Notes under the pieces: generated by a model | The model's input: only the letters and a program-made list of their open reading frames with translations | Told to the model about the DNA's origin: nothing | Database searches by the model: none | Assembly: GCA_002238805.1 (NCBI GenBank) | Contig: MPNB01000002.1 | Location: 14,045-78,044 of the forward strand | Reading direction: 5' to 3' | DNA from: Rhodothermaceae bacterium bin80 | GTDB taxonomy: Bacteria > Bacteroidota > Rhodothermia > Rhodothermales > Bin80 | Length of the DNA stretch: 64,000 bases | Part shown: piece by piece, positions 58,719 through 64,000 of the stretch | Position numbering within the stretch: the stretch's first letter is position 1 | How the letters are laid out: each line of letters begins with the position of its first letter | Program-made: the position numbers and the translations under genes

Positions 58719-60032
58719 GTGTCGGCACAAGTAACCACTAACTGGAGAGAAACATCTATTGGAGAGATAGCAGACATTGTGGGAGGCGGCACACCATCAA
58801 CTAAGGATCGCGGAAATTTTAATGGTTGTATCCCTTGGTTAACCCCAAAAGATCTCTCGGGCACTCATGAACGCTACATTCGGCGCGGTGAGCGAAATTT
58901 GTCGCAGAAGGGGCTCAATAATTCCTCTGCGAGGTTGCTTCCCGCACATTCTGTTTTGCTCTCAACTCGCGCTCCAATCGGATATGTAGCTCTCGCGAAG
59001 AATCCAATTGCAACCAACCAAGGGTTCCGCAGTCTCATTGTCCGAGATGGCGTGATTCCAGAGTTTCTATATTACTGGATAAAGTTGAATACCCAAGAGC
59101 TTGAGCGCCATGCTTCCGGGTCGACATTCCGAGAACTCTCGGGATCTGCACTTAAGGACATTCGGATTAAGGTCCCATCCCTTCCTGAACAACGCACCAT
59201 TACGCATATTCTCAGCACGCTGGACGATAAGATTGAGTTGAACCGTCGGATGAACGAGACGCTGGAGGCGATGACTCGGGCACTGTTTAAGTCTTGGTTT
59301 GTTGATTTCGATCCTGTGCGAGCCAAAATGGAGGGACGAGATACTGGATTACCGAAACACATAGCTGATCTGTTTCCAGGCCGACTAGTGGAATCTGAAC
59401 TGGGAAAAATTCCAGAGGGATGGAGGGTTGGGAGTGTGAATGACATATGCAAGAAAATTGAAAACGGAGGGACACCCAAACGTTCAGTTCAGGAGTACTG
59501 GAATGGGAATATCCAGTGGTTCAAAACGTCTGAGTTAGTGGATGAGCCACTTCTAAATTCTTCCGAACAAATTACCCAAAAAGGACTCGATTACTCATCT
59601 TGCAAACGTTGGCCAAAGGGAACAGTATTAATTGCTTTGTATGCCGCTCCGACAGTGGGGCGATTAGGGATTCTGGAAATATCTGCGACCGCTAATCAAG
59701 CCTGTTGCGGACTGAATGCAGAGTCCAATTTTGGAAATCAATTTCTGTATTACGTGTTACTGTTTAGAAGATCTTATTTCCACAGAATTGCCGTGGGGGC
59801 GGCACAGCAAAACATCAGCCAAAAGATTGTTAGAGATTGCCGGATTATTATACCTTGCACAGTAATATCTAGGACATTTCATAGTTGGGCAGAGGCAATT
59901 TATTCGCAGAGGGTCACGGAACTATCGGAATCTCGTACTCTTTCCGACCTCCGTAATACCCTTCTCCCTAAACTCATTTTGGGAGAAATCCGCTTGCCCA
60001 AGGCTGGGACGGAGATGGAGGCCCAAACATGA
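58674..60032 (+). CDS. hsdS: Type I restriction-modification system, specificity subunit
   Basis: Two target-recognition domains (IGEIADIVGGGTPST...; VNDICKKIENGGTPKR...) separated by the conserved helix LPEQRTITHILSTLDDKIELNRRMNETLEAMTRALFKSWFVDFDP. ORF is open from TTG 58479; functional start is probably ATG 58674 or GTG 58719. Confidence 0.88.
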   Translation: MSENFHEDYIVLANRVSAQVTTNWRETSIGEIADIVGGGTPSTKDRGNFNGCIPWLTPKDLSGTHERYIRRGERNLSQKGLNNSSARLLPAHSVLLSTRAPIGYVALAKNPIATNQGFRSLIVRDGVIPEFLYYWIKLNTQELERHASGSTFRELSGSALKDIRIKVPSLPEQRTITHILSTLDDKIELNRRMNETLEAMTRALFKSWFVDFDPVRAKMEGRDTGLPKHIADLFPGRLVESELGKIPEGWRVGSVNDICKKIENGGTPKRSVQEYWNGNIQWFKTSELVDEPLLNSSEQITQKGLDYSSCKRWPKGTVLIALYAAPTVGRLGILEISATANQACCGLNAESNFGNQFLYYVLLFRRSYFHRIAVGAAQQNISQKIVRDCRIIIPCTVISRTFHSWAEAIYSQRVTELSESRTLSDLRNTLLPKLILGEIRLPKAGTEMEAQT

Positions 60033-60856
60033 GTTCTCTTACGGACATCGAAAAGCGCTATTTCGAGAAGCTGTTCGGAATGAGTAGCGGCTATGTGCTT
60101 GACTTCTCCAATGCCACTTTTGACAAGTTCTTCCGACGATACAATGTCAATATCCACGGTCCAAAATATCAGACCTTCGGAACATCCAAGGCGAAAAAAC
60201 TTCGCGCCTTTTGGGAATCGGAGCCTGATCAGCTTGTTGGACCTGTGCTCTCCGAAATGCTGGCTTCCTATGAGGCCGATTGCGAGCTCACGGGCCAGGA
60301 TGTTGATAAGATCCCGCTGGAACGCGCACGGCGCATTGTTGACCGTCTCACCGGTGTATCTATGGCCCGTGACTCTGCCGGGAAAGAAAGCGAATTCTTG
60401 GACCGCGAGTTTGCCATCCCAAGCATCCAGAAGCTACCGATCGATCCTCGGGTCGTCCCGATCGTCGAAGCACGACTGAACGAGGCCCGCATAGCGTTGG
60501 GTGCCGGTGCTCATTTATCCGTGATCTTTCTGTGCGGTAGCGTCTTAGAAGCCGTCCTGCTTGGTGCTGCTCGGCAGAGCCCAGCGATCTTCAATCAGGC
60601 GAAAGCAACACCGACAAAAAATTGTTCGCCAAAACGCTTTCACGAATGGAGCCTCGCACAGCTGATCAATGTCGCGTACGAGGTCGGCATCCTGAAGCTC
60701 GACATCAAGAAGTTCAGTCACGGATTGCGCGACTTCCGAAATTATATCCATCCATACGAGCAATTGGCGTCGGGTTTCACGCCGGACGAACACACCGCTA
60801 AAGTCTGCTTCCAAGTTCTCAAGGCGGCGCTGGCAAGCTTGGCAGGGGAACGCTAA
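60029..60856 (+). CDS. uncharacterised R-M-linked protein with C-terminal HEPN-like helical domain
   Basis: 275 aa; ATGA overlap with the hsdS stop; C-terminal helical region ...SVIFLCGSVLEAVLLGAA...WSLAQLINVAYEVGIL...FSHGLRDFRNYIHPYE... contains an R-x6-H / RN..H type motif; no family recognised with certainty. Confidence 0.6.
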   Translation: MSSLTDIEKRYFEKLFGMSSGYVLDFSNATFDKFFRRYNVNIHGPKYQTFGTSKAKKLRAFWESEPDQLVGPVLSEMLASYEADCELTGQDVDKIPLERARRIVDRLTGVSMARDSAGKESEFLDREFAIPSIQKLPIDPRVVPIVEARLNEARIALGAGAHLSVIFLCGSVLEAVLLGAARQSPAIFNQAKATPTKNCSPKRFHEWSLAQLINVAYEVGILKLDIKKFSHGLRDFRNYIHPYEQLASGFTPDEHTAKVCFQVLKAALASLAGER

Positions 60857-60953
60857 TGATCCGTGTCCTCATAACCCCATTTGTTCTCCGCTGAGCACGC
60901 AAGTGGTCGTGGCGAACGAGACATTGCTTGCGATCCGGCACCGAAGTAGTCAA

Positions 60954-61142
60954 ATGACGACCTTTACTGAGTTGGAAATCGGAACCACCGCACTTGAGTG
61001 GCTTAAAGGCTTGGGCTGGCATGTGAACCACGGTATAGACATCGGACCGCAGACGAAAGGCGCGGAACGTGCGGACTACATTGAAGTTCTTCCCGAACGC
61101 CGGCTGCGGGATGCCTCGGGTCGGCTGAACCTTGATCTAGAG
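60954..61142 (+). pseudogene. remnant of an hsdR 5' end (first about 63 codons only)
   Basis: MTTFTELEIGTTALEWLKGLGWHVNHGIDIGPQTKGAERADYIEVLPERRLRDASGRLNLDLE parallels the N-terminus of the intact hsdR at 63352 (SESVVEEASLDWFREIDYLVIGGTDMQPG..LRETYEDVLFPTTLHQALSRLNPELP), then diverges and stops at 61187. Confidence 0.65.
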
Positions 61143-61468
61143 AGATTAGAGATTTTAAGCTATTATCCTAGTCAAAGATGGGATTGATAAACGGCAGACA
61201 AGATTGATTTGGGAGGATGTCCTCGGCGTTGTCTTCCCCTCCTCACAAAAGCAGATTCGAAAACAATTTGAGGCTTTACAGCATTTAACAAATATCTCAC
61301 CAAGAAGATCACTGCTAGGAAACCACCACTAGAATATGAGGGTTGCATACTACCCAACAACGAGACTGGCAAGGCGTCCGTGGAGACCCATATAGACTAC
61401 TTGATAAAGGGAAGCAACACCTATAGAAACCATCTTGAAAGAAAATTGGAGCCCGTAGTGATAAACCC

Positions 61469-62653
61469 ATGCCCCACATAGAGCATTTTTCTATCCGCGG
61501 TTTCAAGTCAATTCGCAAGCTCGAGAATTTCGAACTAAAGCCCCTGAACATATTGATCGGCGCCAACGGAGTCGGAAAAAGTAATCTTCTGAGTCTGTTT
61601 AAAATGCTCTCTGCTCTTTCCCAGAGGCGTCTTCAGCTTTTCGTCAAGAACGAGGGTGGCCCGGATGCATTGCTGTTCGGTGGCCGAAAACTAACTTCAA
61701 AGCTTGAAGTGGCCCTGTCATTTGAAAACAATCGCTATAGATACGAATTCTCGCTTGAACCGACAGCTGACTCAGTAGCCTTCTCCGGCGAGAAGCTCCT
61801 CACAGCGTTCGGTAGTTTAGTGTCGGCCGATGGGAGTAGTGAATCGGATATGTTTGATGATATATCTAATATTGTTGAATATATGTCTGATATTGATCAG
61901 CACATGTCTCATGCACATCCTGCAGAATTTGCATCTTACGTAGACTCCGCATCTTTTGCAGAATTTGTATCTTTTGCAGAATTTGCATCTTATGTTTTGT
62001 CCCATATGGAACACTGGCGCGTGTTTCATTTTCAGGATATGAGCGATACGGCTCACGTACGAAATCAGTCAGATGTACGCGATAATCTTCGACTAAGACC
62101 GGACGCTGGGAATCTTGCACCTTTTCTGCGCCATCTCCGTGAACATTATCCTAACCATTATCGAAGAATCATAGATGTGATCCGACTCTCGGCTCCGTTC
62201 TTTAAAGACTTCGTCTATCGCAAAAATCAGAACCTGGGAGACAGTATGGATCTTGAATGGGAGGCGTGGGGAGATCCAGACATGGCGTTTGGTCCACGAC
62301 AGCTCTCAGACGGTACGTTACGTTTCATCTGTCTCGCTACTCTGTTAAATCAGCCAGAAATCCTTCGGCCGAACCTCATTCTTATTGACGAGCCCGAACT
62401 AGGATTGCATCCATTCGCGCTGACGCTCCTAGCCGAAATGATCCAGCAAGCAGCCGACTTGCAACAGATTATTATTTCAACACAATCCGCAGAACTTGTA
62501 AGTCATTTTGAACCCGAAGATATCGTGGTTGTCGATCGCAAGAACAAAGAATCCGTTTTTAGAAGGCTCAATTCGGAGCTCCTTGCCAGTTGGCTTGAAG
62601 ACTATACGCTCGGCGACCTCTGGAAAATGAATGTACTTGGCGGCAGACCCTAA
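61469..62653 (+). CDS. ABC-type (AAA_15/AAA_21-like) ATPase, defence-island type
   Basis: 394 aa; IRGFKSI...LNILIGANGVGKSNLL (Walker A); signature-like RQLSDGTLRF; Walker B/D-loop LILIDEPELGLHP; IISTQS. Confidence 0.8.
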   Translation: MPHIEHFSIRGFKSIRKLENFELKPLNILIGANGVGKSNLLSLFKMLSALSQRRLQLFVKNEGGPDALLFGGRKLTSKLEVALSFENNRYRYEFSLEPTADSVAFSGEKLLTAFGSLVSADGSSESDMFDDISNIVEYMSDIDQHMSHAHPAEFASYVDSASFAEFVSFAEFASYVLSHMEHWRVFHFQDMSDTAHVRNQSDVRDNLRLRPDAGNLAPFLRHLREHYPNHYRRIIDVIRLSAPFFKDFVYRKNQNLGDSMDLEWEAWGDPDMAFGPRQLSDGTLRFICLATLLNQPEILRPNLILIDEPELGLHPFALTLLAEMIQQAADLQQIIISTQSAELVSHFEPEDIVVVDRKNKESVFRRLNSELLASWLEDYTLGDLWKMNVLGGRP

Positions 62654-62655
62654 CC

Positions 62656-63336
62656 ATGAAGAAAGTCATTATTGCCTGCGAAGGACAAACCGAAGAGGCT
62701 TTCGTGAAGAGACTTCTCTATGGTGAGCTCTGGCCGAAAGAAGTGTTTGCAGAACCACGTCTCATCCCCACTTCTTCTCATGGAAGAGGCGGTGCGCTCA
62801 AGGGACAACGTGTACTCCGCTTCCTTCGAAACACCCTTCGGGAACAACATAACACCTATGTCACGACATTTTTCGATCTGGTTTCCCTGCCGGCGGATTT
62901 CCTTGGACTTGCGGGTATCTCCGCGACGACAGACCCGATTGATTGCGCGACAAGGATTGAGTCTGCGTTTCATGATGTCGTTGTACGCAAGACAGAGTGT
63001 CGGTCCGAACGCTTTTTTCCTCACATTCAACCTTATGAATTTGAAGCCCTCCTATTTTCGGATACAAGCTGTTTTGCTGAGGCAGAGCCCGCGTGGGAGG
63101 CATTTGTTGGAAAACTCTTAAGCATACGTAAAAGCTCAAAAGGCCCTGAGTACATAAACGACGGAATCAATACGCATCCGTCGGCGCGACTCCGGGATCT
63201 TCTTCGCCCACGATACAAAAAAGTCATACACGGTACCAAAGTCTCAACTAAGATAGGCATCGCCTGCATGCGGTCGGAGTGTCAGCATTTTGACGGCTGG
63301 CTCAAGCGTATCGAGAACCTCCCCGAGCTTGATTAA
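62656..63336 (+). CDS. DUF4276-like protein (putative Toprim-like partner of the ATPase)
   Basis: 226 aa, starts 2 nt after the ATPase stop; N-terminal KKVIIACEGQTEEAFVKRLL (hhhhEGxTE, Toprim-type first motif); YEFEALLFSD; C-terminal CQHFDGWLKRIENL, as I remember for DUF4276. Confidence 0.65.
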   Translation: MKKVIIACEGQTEEAFVKRLLYGELWPKEVFAEPRLIPTSSHGRGGALKGQRVLRFLRNTLREQHNTYVTTFFDLVSLPADFLGLAGISATTDPIDCATRIESAFHDVVVRKTECRSERFFPHIQPYEFEALLFSDTSCFAEAEPAWEAFVGKLLSIRKSSKGPEYINDGINTHPSARLRDLLRPRYKKVIHGTKVSTKIGIACMRSECQHFDGWLKRIENLPELD

Positions 63337-63351
63337 CAGGAGACATAACCC

Positions 63352-64000
63352 ATGGCGCTGTTATCAGAATCGGTGGTGGAAGAGGCGTCTCTCGACTGGT
63401 TCCGCGAGATTGACTACTTGGTAATCGGTGGAACAGACATGCAGCCCGGCGCGAACTCCCTTCGCGAAACGTATGAAGACGTCCTATTCCCAACAACGCT
63501 GCATCAGGCGCTCTCCCGTCTGAATCCCGAGCTCCCCCTAGAAGCAATTGACGACGCTAAGCGCAAACTGCTTAACCCCGAAGGCCAAACTCTTGAAGCC
63601 CGAAACCGCGCGTTTCACCGCATGGCCATAGACGGCGTGACGGTTGAATTCCAAGGAGACGACGACAAGCCCCAATGGGACCATGCCCGAGTGTTTGATT
63701 TTGACGCCCCCGAGAATAATGACTGGATTGTCGCCAACCAGTTCACCGTGACTGAGGGTGAACATACTCGTCGCCCAGACATCGTGGTGTTTGTGAACGG
63801 TCTTCCCCTAGCCGTGATCGAACTCAAGTCTCCCATTGATGAAAACGCAACAATTTCATCCGCTTGGCGACAACTGCAGACCTACAAGAGAGAAATCCCC
63901 TCGCTTTTTGTCTTCAATCTGGCGCTGGTCATATCAGACGGTGTGAAAGCACGTGTCGGCTCGCTTACAGCGGGTCTTGAATGGTTCAAGCGATGGCGGA
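63352..64000 (+). CDS. hsdR: Type I restriction enzyme, restriction (helicase-nuclease) subunit, N-terminal part (runs off the window)
   Basis: Not in the ORF track because no stop is reached. My translation from ATG 63352: MALLSESVVEEASLDWFREIDYLVIGG...RRPDIVVFVNGLPLAVIELKSP...WRQLQTYKREIPSLFVFN...ISDG, the classical HsdR N-terminal PD-(D/E)xK nuclease region. Confidence 0.9.
   Translation, partial: MALLSESVVEEASLDWFREIDYLVIGGTDMQPGANSLRETYEDVLFPTTLHQALSRLNPELPLEAIDDAKRKLLNPEGQTLEARNRAFHRMAIDGVTVEFQGDDDKPQWDHARVFDFDAPENNDWIVANQFTVTEGEHTRRPDIVVFVNGLPLAVIELKSPIDENATISSAWRQLQTYKREIPSLFVFNLALVISDGVKARVGSLTAGLEWFKRWR

Noticed and set aside
54400-64000. Calling the R-M island a mobile genetic element
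   Set aside because: No integrase, transposase, terminal inverted repeats or flanking tRNA are visible within the window, and the right boundary lies outside it. The mosaic structure is reported as a finding instead.

Overview
This 64-kb chromosomal window probably comes from a Bacteroidota/Rhodothermota-like, T9SS-bearing bacterium. That placement is inferred from a T9SS C-terminal sorting domain, GldA/F/G-like ABC genes, a TonB-receptor+DUF4249 pair and a small HsdR_N-type protein. No rRNA, CRISPR array, transposase or integrase was recognised. I could not run BLAST or HMM searches, so all family calls rest on motifs read by eye and on memory of those families.

(1) 1-24.4 kb is ordinary housekeeping. 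It holds a Zn-ADH, a bisphosphate nucleotidase, tRNA-Pro(CGG), a sulfatase convergent with a GH88-like hydrolase, pyruvate dehydrogenase E1alpha/E1beta/E2, icd, a GldAFG-like ABC cluster, htpG, a ROK kinase, eda and a PLP decarboxylase.

(2) 24.7-27.1 kb is an odd patch. It contains a membrane-anchored protein built from in-frame 33-bp and 21-bp tandem repeats, about 850 bp with no credible gene, and a CbiX-like chelatase-fold gene that looks split by a frameshift.

(3) 27.4-52.0 kb is a 24.5-kb, 12-gene, same-strand, tightly packed cluster. It has four consecutive pairs of a large predicted lipoprotein with two CxxCH motifs (PSCyt1/PSCyt2-DUF1549/PSD1-DUF1553, three of them with a LamG-like insert) and a Tat-signal DUF1501 protein. 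These are followed by a membrane PSCyt1+LRR protein, a Cys-type sulfatase, a TonB-dependent receptor and a DUF4249 lipoprotein. Pairs 2 and 3 are a ~4.53-kb tandem duplication with patchy identity. As far as I know this two-component module has no assigned function, and it is my main candidate for an undescribed system.

(4) 54.6-64 kb is a mosaic Type I R-M island: hsdM ... hsdS ... hsdR, with hsdR running off the window. It is stuffed with cargo: two HEPN/MNT pairs, three decayed MNT copies, a leftover hsdM 3' end, a leftover hsdR 5' end, an hsdS-coupled 275-aa protein with a HEPN-like motif, and an ABC-type ATPase + DUF4276 (Toprim-like) pair resembling OLD/PARIS-type defence modules.
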